A stretch of 64,000 nt of DNA, taken from Thermodesulfobacteriota bacterium (lineage in GTDB: Bacteria > Desulfobacterota > Desulfarculia > JACQYL01). Shown one piece after another: positions 10,219 through 19,392 of the stretch. Each line of letters begins with the position of its first letter. Position 1 is the stretch's first letter. The position numbers and the translations under genes are program-made. The stretch spans positions 1,440,001 through 1,504,000 of the forward strand of contig CAXXLZ010000001.1 in NCBI GenBank assembly GCA_963675595.2. The letters run 5' to 3'. Below the pieces are notes generated by a model. It made no database searches. It saw only the letters and a list, made by a program, of their open reading frames with translations, and was not told where the DNA came from.

Positions 10219-10944
10219 CTACTTCTCCAAAGCGAAACCTCGAGTCATCCAGGCCATCAGGCCGCCCTGCAAGCGTTCGACGTCTTCGTACCCTTTGGTC
10301 TTGAGAAAGCGTCCGGCGACCAGCACCTGCTTCCCGGCATGATCCACAACGATGATCTTCCTTCCTTTCGGAATTTCGGAAAACCGGTCGGATAGATGCT
10401 CCAGTGGGATTCGATAACTGCCTTTAATGCAACCCATGCCATACAAGGACGGTGTCCGAACATCCAATATGATCGCTTTGTCCAAAAGGCCTTTCACCTC
10501 ATCCGCCCCAAGGGATGAAACCTCCAAACCCGGCAATGCATGTTGTGTGTCTAGGGAAAAGCCCGCCTTGACCCAACCGGGTATGCCTTCCTTGAAAGTC
10601 ATGACTCTTGTGTACCCCCTCTTGGCCGCCAGACCGGCGGCTTCTTTGTACATCACTCATTTGGGCCCTAAACAGTAGGTGATGATCGGCACATTCAAAT
10701 CCGAAGGCAATCGATCGCTGCTCGAGATCGTTTCGAGTGGAACATTTATGGATCCGGGAATATGCCCCTCGTTAAATTCAAGATCACTTAACGGATTCAG
10801 TATGAAGACTTTCTCCCCGGCGTCCATCTTGCTTTTTAGCTCCTTGGCCGTCAGGTCCGGAAAATCCGACGATAAAACCAAGCCGGATTTTAGCGTAAAG
10901 GCCGCAATAAATAGCATACAATATAGTAAAGTCTTGCTTCGCAT
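10219..10944 (-). CDS. Exported tandem rhodanese-domain selenoprotein (in-frame TGA at 10657-10659 read as Sec)
   Basis: ORFs 10657-10983 and 10219-10656 are in the same frame, separated by one TGA inside the rhodanese active-site loop YCLGPK-U-VMY. A SECIS-like hairpin follows. RBS GGAGG before ATG 10944; N-terminal signal peptide. Confidence 0.85.
10625..10641 (-). promoter_or_regulatory. Bacterial SECIS element
   Basis: mRNA reads UGA-GUGAUGUACAAAGAA-GCCGCC-GGUCU-GGCGGC: a 6-bp stem with a G-led apical loop starting 21 nt after the UGA. Confidence 0.8.
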
Positions 10945-11111
10945 TAATATGCCTCCAAAAAGGAACATAACATCAAATGACACACAACCAAGCGAACCAT
11001 ATCACAAGATATGTCCAATGTAGCATATTCCGTCTATATCACCTCCCCCGCTCTTATAGGATATTGTGTCGCTTGTTGAGTAGAGTCCAAAGATAATAAA
11101 ATACTGAAATT

Positions 11112-14100
11112 TCAGTGTCCATCGGTCAACGCCTCCCTCACCTTTGCCGCCAGTCTTTTTGCCGAAAAGGGTTTCTCAATGAAATGCATCCCGGTTTCCA
11201 AAACCCCGTGTCGGGCAATCACATCCGCCGTATAACCTGAAGAGAACAGGACGTTCAGTCGTGAATATCGTGATAGGAGACGCTCCGCCAGTTGTTTTCC
11301 GTTCATTTCCGGCATGATCAGGTCGGTCATGAGCAAGTCTATCCCGCCCGCATGTTCGTCCGCCAATTGCAGGGCCTTCTTTGGGGAGTTCGCTTCCATC
11401 ACCCGATATCCCAGTCTTTCAAGAAGCCTCTTGGTCACCGTGCGTACGGCTTCCTCATCTTCCACCAAGAGGATGCTCTCCCACCCCCCCGGCACGGATT
11501 TCATCTCTGCTGTTTCTCGAGTCGATCCTTCTTCTCCCAAGTATCTCGGGAGATGGATATTGAATGTCGTTCCTTTGCCCGGTTCGCTTAGAACATCAAT
11601 GAAGCCCCCGTTCTGTTTGACGATTCCGTCCACCGTGGCCAAGCCGAGGCCCGTGCCTTCCCCTACCCCTTTGGTGGTGAAGAACGGTTCGAAGAGATTA
11701 CCGACCGTTTTTTCATCCATGCCGCAGCCGTCGTCGATTACGGCGATCATCACGCAATCGCCGCGTATCGAGCCTTCACGGCATGCGTCCTGTTGATCGC
11801 CAAAGGCGACATTCTTCGTCTCTATGACGATGCTACCCGTTCCCGAAATGGCGTCCCGCGCGTTGACACACAGATTGGCGAGCATTTGATGGATCTGGGA
11901 AGGGTCGATTTTGACGGACCACAAACCACCACCCGGGAGCCAGACCATCTCGATGTCCTCACCGATCAGACGCCGCAGCATTCTGAGCATGTCCTCCATG
12001 ATCTCGTTCAGATTCAGCACCTTGGGGCTCACAATCTGTTTTCGTGCAAAGGTCAGAAGCTGCTGTGTCAGATCCGCGGACCGTTTGGCCGCCTTTTGGA
12101 TTTCTAGGAGGTCGGAATAGATTGGTTGGGGCGGACTTGTCTCGTCCATAGCCATTTCAGTGTGTCCCAGGATCACTCCCAGCATGTTGTTGAAGTCGTG
12201 GGCCACACCGCCGGCCAGTCGACCCACCGACTCCATTTTCTGAGCCTGGGCCAACTGGACCCGCAACCTTTCCCGATCCGCTTCGGCCTTCTTGAGTTCG
12301 GTAACGTCTTCCGAGACTCCTTCAATCCAACCTTTGCTCGGCACGAGTCTGGCGGAATTGCGCATCCAGAAAGTCGAACCATCTTTTCTCTTGAAACGCG
12401 CCTCATAATCTCGGACTTCGCCGTGGGCCTTCAAAAGCCGAAGCATCCTCACACGATCTTTGGCGTCGACATATTGATCGGCGATGCCGAAAGGTTCGGC
12501 GAGCAACGAATCCCTGTCCGGATATCCCAGAAATGCGGCTTGCGCGTTGTTTGCCTCCAGCAGCATCCCTGATTCCATCTCCAACCTGAAAAGACCGATC
12601 TGAGAATTGATAAAGATGTTTCTGTAGGTTTCCTCAGCGGTCCGGAGCGCCTCTTCCATTTGTTTGCGCTCCGTCACATCGACCATGACCGTCAAGAAAT
12701 ACCGCCGCCTCTGAGCATCAACGACCTCACCCGAAAAGAGACCCTCCAATATCTTCCCGTCTTTGCGCCTCACCTGCAGCTCAAAGCCGCTGATTCGTCC
12801 TTCATGTTCAAGTTTCTCCGCTATCACCGCCTGTTGCCGCGAGTCCGGAAACAACCCGAGTTCCGCGGAACTCCTGCCGATGACCTCCGAAACATCATAC
12901 CCGAGGGTCTTGAGGAACGCGTCGTTGACATCCACAAAACGACGATCCGGTGAGCTGGAGAGCGCCATTGAGGCGGGGTTGTGCCGAAACAGGCTTTCGA
13001 ACCGCTGTTGCGCTTCCCGTTCCGCGGTCAGGTCCTTGCTGATGCCGAAGACACAGTCCCGCTCATTCCACTTGCCGAGCCACGCACGGGTCTCGACCGC
13101 AAAGATCGCACCGCCCTTGGCGACTATGGGCAGGGGACAAGTATCCCGTTCGCCTCGCAGCATGGCTGCGAATATCCTCTCCGCCTCCCCTCGCACCTCT
13201 CTCGGATGAAGGTCCGGAATGTGCATGGCGATCAGTTCTTCCGAACGGTAACCCAGCTTCTTCTCGACCGCGGAATTGCAGTATAATATCCGCCCTTCCG
13301 GAGTCGCCACCATGACCATGTCGGTCATGGTCTCGAAAAAAGTGCGGAAGTTGGTCTCGCTTTCCTTTAATCTGCTTTCCGTCCGCTTGAGCTCGGTGAT
13401 GTCCGTAGTGGTGCCGAAAGCCACCACATGGCCGTTCGGCTGTCTGCGGGCGGATCCGTGGGAACGCACCCACACTGGGGCGCCGTCGGCTCTGCACAGC
13501 CGGTACTCGACACTCTCATGCTGCTTGAGCGACGCCAGCCCGGATTCCAGCGTGTCTTTGACCGCCGGAATATCCTCCGGATGCACGTGGGAAAGGAATG
13601 CATCCGGACCGCACCCCACCGTTCCCTCGGGCAGTCCCAAAATCCGGTCCAATGCCGTGGAAATGTAGCTGCCGACAAATTGACCGCATTCATCCACTTC
13701 GTAGCGCCAAACGATGTCGGAGATATTGGAAATGAGCTCTTGATATCGGGCCTTGCTAGCTCTGAGCCCCTCCTCGGCCTCTCGTCTCGCGGTGATGTCG
13801 ATACCCGTGGCCAGAATTCGGTCCACTCCTCCGATGTTCACCGGGACCAGTCGAACCTGCTCCCAGAAGGCTTCACCGGTCCTTTTGCGATTGAGCCATT
13901 CGAACTGCTGAGGTCCTTCCAGAGCCGTCTTCCGAATCCAACCCAAAGCCTCTTCGGCGGAGTAGGGAGGCTCAGCCCAGAAATCATTCGCCTTGAGCTC
14001 CTCGATGGATGAAAACCCGTAGCTGGATACGGCCGTCGGATTGGCCTCGATGATTTCGCCGGTATTCTTATCGTGAATGATGATGGAGACCGGTGATTCC

Positions 14101-15482
14101 ATGAACAATGATTCGAATTGTCGTTCCTTGTCTCGTCGGGCTTCGTCCGCACGCTTGAGTTCAGTGATGTCCATGTGCGTCCCGCACATGCGCACGGGAT
14201 TCCCTTGCGCATCCCGCTCGATCACCCGGCCTTTGTCCAGCACCCAAACCCAGTCGCCGGATTTGTGGAGCAGGCGTTGTTCCGCCTCATAGGCATTTGT
14301 GAGGCCGTCCAAATGGAACTGCAGGGCAGCCATCACACGGGGCCTGTCTTCCGGATGGATCAGGGCCTCCCAGGCCCGTACATGGGGCTCGATCTCCTCC
14401 GGCGAATAACCCAGCATTTCCGCCCATCGCTCGTTGACGATCACCGCCCCGGTAGGAACGTGCCAGTCCCACGTACCGAGGTTTGCTCCCGCAACGACCA
14501 GTCTCAAGCGTTCCTCGCTTAGCCGGAGTTCCCGAGTCCGTTCTTCCAGTCGATCCTGAACCCCAAGGAGGGACCTCTCCCTCCGAGCTTTTGCGCAAAT
14601 CTCTATGAGATACTCCGGATCGAAAGGCTTTCTCAAGAAAGCGGCGGCGCCGCGTTTCATCCAGTCCAGGGCCAATCTCGGGTCCGGATCCGCGGTCATC
14701 ATGACACATACGCAGTCCGGCCGTTCCTTTCGGAACAGATCCAGCAACCGCCCTCCGTTTCCGTCGGGCAGGCGGTAGTCGATGACGGCCACGTCGAAGC
14801 TTGACCGATGGAAAGCCTCTGCCGCCTCTTCCACCGTCCCAACCGCTTCAGGCTGATAACCGCTCTCTTCAAACGTTTCCTTGAGCATAGCAGCCAAGGC
14901 TTCGCCGTCCTCGATGATCAGAACACGGAGGCGTTCCCGGATGCTTGCGCCGCGTAGAAGGCTCCGGATCTTCCCGATGAATCGAACGCCGTCCAACTGC
15001 GAAGACAGGAAACCGTCGGCGCCCAGATCGGCTGCGATCAGTTCAGCCTCCTCGCCCCCATAAGTCGCGGATACCACCAGGATGGGTATCCGGTTGAATG
15101 CGGCATAGTCGGGAGAACGCAGCAGGCGGCAAAGCCGCCATCCGTCGATGCCCGGCATATGAAGATCGGTCACGATGAGGGCCGGCATTGCGTCGGAATC
15201 ACCGTTCGATTCTCGCTCCCATGCGGTCATGGCGGCCAGGGCGACCTCCGCACCGGAGAACAGGCGGGTCTCCAGACCCGCCTTGCGCAACAACACGGAA
15301 ATCAGGTTCAGCTGTGTGGCATCGTCATTGACCACGACTGCAAATGCGTTTTGGGGCATGCGCCCTTCCTCATTCATGAGTTCTTCTTTCGGCTCCTTTC
15401 TTGTTTCGGGGAAACCCGTGGCAACAAACTCCCTCCCATTTTCCCGTGACTCCGTAATCATTATGTTAATTCCATCGGTCAT
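11112..15482 (-). CDS. Hybrid sensor histidine kinase (REC-REC-multi PAS-HisKA-HATPase-REC); true start may lie slightly downstream
   Basis: Two N-terminal REC domains, about 6 PAS/PAC domains, [17 protein letters not shown]-terminal REC. Confidence 0.95.
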   Translation of the reverse strand: MTDGINIMITESRENGREFVATGFPETRKEPKEELMNEEGRMPQNAFAVVVNDDATQLNLISVLLRKAGLETRLFSGAEVALAAMTAWERESNGDSDAMPALIVTDLHMPGIDGWRLCRLLRSPDYAAFNRIPILVVSATYGGEEAELIAADLGADGFLSSQLDGVRFIGKIRSLLRGASIRERLRVLIIEDGEALAAMLKETFEESGYQPEAVGTVEEAAEAFHRSSFDVAVIDYRLPDGNGGRLLDLFRKERPDCVCVMMTADPDPRLALDWMKRGAAAFLRKPFDPEYLIEICAKARRERSLLGVQDRLEERTRELRLSEERLRLVVAGANLGTWDWHVPTGAVIVNERWAEMLGYSPEEIEPHVRAWEALIHPEDRPRVMAALQFHLDGLTNAYEAEQRLLHKSGDWVWVLDKGRVIERDAQGNPVRMCGTHMDITELKRADEARRDKERQFESLFMESPVSIIIHDKNTGEIIEANPTAVSSYGFSSIEELKANDFWAEPPYSAEEALGWIRKTALEGPQQFEWLNRKRTGEAFWEQVRLVPVNIGGVDRILATGIDITARREAEEGLRASKARYQELISNISDIVWRYEVDECGQFVGSYISTALDRILGLPEGTVGCGPDAFLSHVHPEDIPAVKDTLESGLASLKQHESVEYRLCRADGAPVWVRSHGSARRQPNGHVVAFGTTTDITELKRTESRLKESETNFRTFFETMTDMVMVATPEGRILYCNSAVEKKLGYRSEELIAMHIPDLHPREVRGEAERIFAAMLRGERDTCPLPIVAKGGAIFAVETRAWLGKWNERDCVFGISKDLTAEREAQQRFESLFRHNPASMALSSSPDRRFVDVNDAFLKTLGYDVSEVIGRSSAELGLFPDSRQQAVIAEKLEHEGRISGFELQVRRKDGKILEGLFSGEVVDAQRRRYFLTVMVDVTERKQMEEALRTAEETYRNIFINSQIGLFRLEMESGMLLEANNAQAAFLGYPDRDSLLAEPFGIADQYVDAKDRVRMLRLLKAHGEVRDYEARFKRKDGSTFWMRNSARLVPSKGWIEGVSEDVTELKKAEADRERLRVQLAQAQKMESVGRLAGGVAHDFNNMLGVILGHTEMAMDETSPPQPIYSDLLEIQKAAKRSADLTQQLLTFARKQIVSPKVLNLNEIMEDMLRMLRRLIGEDIEMVWLPGGGLWSVKIDPSQIHQMLANLCVNARDAISGTGSIVIETKNVAFGDQQDACREGSIRGDCVMIAVIDDGCGMDEKTVGNLFEPFFTTKGVGEGTGLGLATVDGIVKQNGGFIDVLSEPGKGTTFNIHLPRYLGEEGSTRETAEMKSVPGGWESILLVEDEEAVRTVTKRLLERLGYRVMEANSPKKALQLADEHAGGIDLLMTDLIMPEMNGKQLAERLLSRYSRLNVLFSSGYTADVIARHGVLETGMHFIEKPFSAKRLAAKVREALTDGH

Positions 15483-15677
15483 GGCTCACTGACTGCCAAC
15501 ACAACCGCTCTCATGGATATGGAGAAATCTTGACGCACGATACCGTTGCCGATCCGAGATTCGACGGACACTGCAATCGATTTTCCGTTTCGCGGGTGGA
15601 ACAGCGGGTAGATCGGCGTCAAACATGTGCCGTCATGTCTTCGGCGACGAGGTCTTACTCATTACCTACCGGCTTCA

Positions 15678-16073
15678 TCACCGGATCAAACCCAACTTTC
15701 TCAATTCTTAGAGGAAACGGCTTTTATCAACAGGTTTCACCAGGTAACTATCGCAAAGACCGCCATAGGCCTCGCTTACGGACCTGAAGTCATCCAAAGC
15801 CGTTGTCATGACAATCTTGGCACCATTGGATGAAAGTATGCCTCTAGCTTCCTCGTCCGCGCGAATTTCCTTCAGCGCTCTTTGCCCGTCCATCTTGGGC
15901 ATCATAATGTCCAGACAAACCAAATCGTAAGGCTCTCCCGCCTCCATGGCCGGACGAAATGCCCGGCCCCCTTCCTCTCCGTTGACCGCAATATGCACCG
16001 TGCCGAAACCCTTCAGAAATTCCTGCAGAATCACACGGCTGATGAAATCGTCCTCCACGATCAATGTCTTCAC
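15678..16073 (-). CDS. Single-domain response regulator (CheY-like) with an apparent premature TAA at 15708-15710
   Basis: LIVEDD...LDIMMP...VKP. After the TAA the frame continues ELRKLGLIR-TGA (15678). The GTG start overlaps the upstream kinase stop (GTGA). Confidence 0.85.
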
Positions 16074-18007
16074 AATTCATCCTCATGGTGACTCATTTGT
16101 ATATCCGTTGCATCCTCCATGGCCGCCTTCAAGCTTTCGAATTGCTTCTCGAGTTCGGGTAGGAGCCCCTCCACCTCGTCCAGGTTGCCCAGTTTAGCGG
16201 CTCGCTCCATTTGGAAAGCCGTTGCACGGACTTGCTCTCCGCCCACGCCGGCGGAGGCCCCCTTGATGCTGTGGGCAAGTCGCTCGCATTCCGAATGATC
16301 ACCACGCTCGAGTGAGGACTCAAGAGAACCGATCAGTGTGGGCATGTCGTTAAGGTATACCTCCACAATCGTATTCAAGATATCTTCGTCGTCCAGTAGG
16401 CGTCTCAACAGGTTCTTTCGGTCAAAGACCACATCGGATGGTCTAATCCTGTCTTTCTCGTTTTCCTTTTCCGGTGCCTTCTTTTCCATTGCGAGCCACT
16501 TGCCGAGTTTTTCCGCCAACTCGCGGCCGTTGATCGGTTTGGCAAGGTAGTCATCCATCCCCGCTTTCAGGCATTTCTCGCGATCGCCTTTCAAGGCGTG
16601 CGCCGTCATGGCAATAATGGGCACCTTATGATTGAGAACCGCGGAGCGAGGATTTCGAATGCGGCGTGCGGCTTCCAACCCGTCCATCACAGGCATCTGC
16701 ACGTCCATCAGGACCAGATCGTACGCGGTCCTTCCCAATGCCTGGAGGGCGTCGGCTCCATTCGCGGCCGTGTCGGCTTGAATCCCCAGCTTTCCAAGCA
16801 TGGCCAAGGCCACTTGCTGATTGGTGACGTTGTCTTCGGCAAGTAATACGCGCTTGTTCGCAAAGGCGGACATGGGGGGCGTTTCGATGTTGGAGCTCAA
16901 CAAGGGCTCTGGAGATTTCAACATCGCATCAGCATGACGACCCGCAAGAGCCCTCGAAAGCACTCCAATAAGTTCCTGATGACGCATCGGCTTGGTCAGG
17001 CACGCCGTAACCCCTATTTCCGCCAAGCTGGGACCGTCGAGCCGAATCCCCAAAGATGTGAGCATCACCATGGGAGTTCCGGAAATATTCCGGTCCCCTT
17101 TGACGGCTCTAGCCAAATCCTCACCATCCATGCCCGGCATCTGCATGTCGATTACCGCGAGCCGGAAAGGATCTCCCTCGCCCGCCGCGTGCAACAACCG
17201 CTCGATGGCCGTCGGACCGTCTTCGGCTTCCTGCGGACGCATCCCCCAAAAGGAAAGCCGTTTGGACAGCACTTCCCTGTTGGTCGCATTGTCGTCCACG
17301 ATCAACACCCGTACGTTCCGGAGATTCTTCGTTGAGTCCGATTCCAAACGCTCCTTGGCCGTCTGTTTGCCCAGACGAACGGTGAATTGAAACTCGGACC
17401 CTTGGCCTTCCCGGCTGTTGACTTCGATCCCGCCGCCCATCATTTCGGTCAGCTGTCTCGATATGGCCAAACCCAGACCGGTGCCGCCGAATCGCCGGGT
17501 GGTGGAGGCGTCCACTTGGCTGAACTTGTTGAACAGCAGCCCAAGCTTGTCTTCCGGAATACCGATGCCCGTATCTCGAACGGAAAAGCGCAATACGACC
17601 TCGTCATCGCTTCCAGTTTCCACGGAAACCATGACGGCCACTTCCCCGGAATGGGTGAACTTCACCGCGTTACCGGCCAAATTAACCAAGATCTGTCGGA
17701 GACGTCCCGGGTCACCCCGCAGCAACAAGGGTACTTGAGGATCGGCGCTGCATATCCATTCCAGTCCCTTCTCGTGAGCGCGCAACGCCATAGTAGCGGA
17801 GAAATCCTCCAGCAGATTCTCCAAACTGAAATCCAGTACCTCCAGTTCCAGTTTTCCCGCCTCGATCTTGGAGAAATCCAGGATGTCGTTGATGATGGCG
17901 AGAAGGGATTCGCCGCTGGAACGTACGGTCTCGGCATATCGACGCTGTTCCTCCGACAGGTCGGTATCCAGAAGAAGGTCCGTCATACCAATGACCCCGT
18001 TCATGGG

Positions 18008-19392
18008 CATAAGCGCTAACTTAAGCCTTTTGTTTTGGTGAGGTTTATGGTACCGTTGCCGCCAAAGGAGGTGGCAATGGAGCGTCTCGTTTTTTCCGAG
18101 GAAATGGAAGACTGGGAAGTTCTCCAGGGTTTTCTTCCCGATGGCTGGCAATCCAAAGCAAGGGAACTTGGTGCCGTTGTCAGATACCGTAAGTTCGTGG
18201 ACGCCGAAGGTCTGTTGCGAACGCTTCTGATCCATCTGGCGGAAGGTTGCTCACTTCGGCTGACGGCGGCCAAAGCCAGGTTCGGCAACATTACGTCGAT
18301 TTCCGACGTAGCTCTCCTAAAACGACTGAATAAATGCGGAGAGTGGTTTCGGTGGATGGCCTTAGGGGTCATGGAGAAATGGTTTCGAAAGCTGCCCGCC
18401 GTTGTTTTTGGAGAGAATTCACGCATCAGGTTGATCGATGCCTCCACCATTCAAGAACCTGGAAGTACCGGAACGACTTGGAGGGTCCATTATTCCATAC
18501 AATTGCCTTCGCTGCGCTGCGACGAAGTCTATGTAACAGACCCCAAGATCGGAGAATCCTTCACCAATTTCAAAGTCCATGGCGGTGAACTTCTTGTAGC
18601 GGATAGAGCCTATTGCACACCAAGAGGAATTCACCATGTCATAGACAACGGCGGCGACGTCCTGGTTCGAATGAAACACCGTGTCGCCATGGTGGACAAG
18701 CAAGGGGAACGATTCCAATTACTCCCTCATCTAAGGACGTTACGTGTAAATAAGCTTGGCGACTGGGATGCATTCGTTCCATTTGAACAACGCTTGGTTG
18801 CAGGTAGAATCTGTGCCATCAAGAAGAGCAAAGACGCCACTGAAAAAGCTCGTAAAGCGATAGAAAAAGAGGCGAGGAAAAAAGGTCGCCAAGTTACTCC
18901 GGACACCCTCGAAGCGGCGGCCTACATATTTGTTTTCACAACATTGGGCCGTGAAATCTCGCCCTCTCAGGTCCTCGAGATGTACCGAGGTCGATGGCAA
19001 ATTGAACTCGCTTTCAAGCGTCTAAAGTCCATTCTCGGTTTAGGCCATCTTAGAAAGACCGACATCGAAGGAGCCAAGGCCTGGATCCATGGGAAACTAC
19101 TGGTGGCTTTCTTAGTGGAGGCCATGATCGCCGCAGGCGAATCTTTTTTTCCCTGGGGATACCCACTCCAAAAAGAACCACCGTAGAAATCGATGCTTCT
19201 GGAGAGAGACCATGTTTATGTTACACCTGCTGAAACAAGCCGTGAACCCTAAACTCGGCTTGGCCGAATGCATTGCCGGCTGGGATAACATATCTTTTTA
19301 TTTGCGAGAACCGCCAAGGAAACGAGCACTTCAGCGGCTGATTCCTCAGACGGAAAGAAGCATAGCAAACAATGCTTAAGTTAGCGCTTATG
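18008..19392 (+). mobile_element. IS4-family insertion sequence (1385 bp)
   Basis: 19-bp perfect IRs CATAAGCGCTAACTTAAGC; 11-bp target duplication CCGTTCATGGG at 17997-18007 and 19393-19403. Confidence 0.95.
18035..19186 (+). CDS. IS4-family DDE transposase
   Basis: LIDAS, VADRAY and YRGRWQIELAFKRLK (YREK signature). Confidence 0.92.
   Translation: MVRFMVPLPPKEVAMERLVFSEEMEDWEVLQGFLPDGWQSKARELGAVVRYRKFVDAEGLLRTLLIHLAEGCSLRLTAAKARFGNITSISDVALLKRLNKCGEWFRWMALGVMEKWFRKLPAVVFGENSRIRLIDASTIQEPGSTGTTWRVHYSIQLPSLRCDEVYVTDPKIGESFTNFKVHGGELLVADRAYCTPRGIHHVIDNGGDVLVRMKHRVAMVDKQGERFQLLPHLRTLRVNKLGDWDAFVPFEQRLVAGRICAIKKSKDATEKARKAIEKEARKKGRQVTPDTLEAAAYIFVFTTLGREISPSQVLEMYRGRWQIELAFKRLKSILGLGHLRKTDIEGAKAWIHGKLLVAFLVEAMIAAGESFFPWGYPLQKEPP

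Noticed and set aside
15708-15710. Recoded stop in the response regulator
   Set aside because: The codon is TAA, not TGA or TAG, and no SECIS-like hairpin follows; treated as a nonsense mutation.
16070-18235. ORF-track proteins with odd termini (16070-18235, 19221-23102, 28848-31316, 52536-53426, 53371-53892, 54428-55273, 56267-56977)
   Set aside because: The unusual ends are read-through into IS sequence, not real domains.
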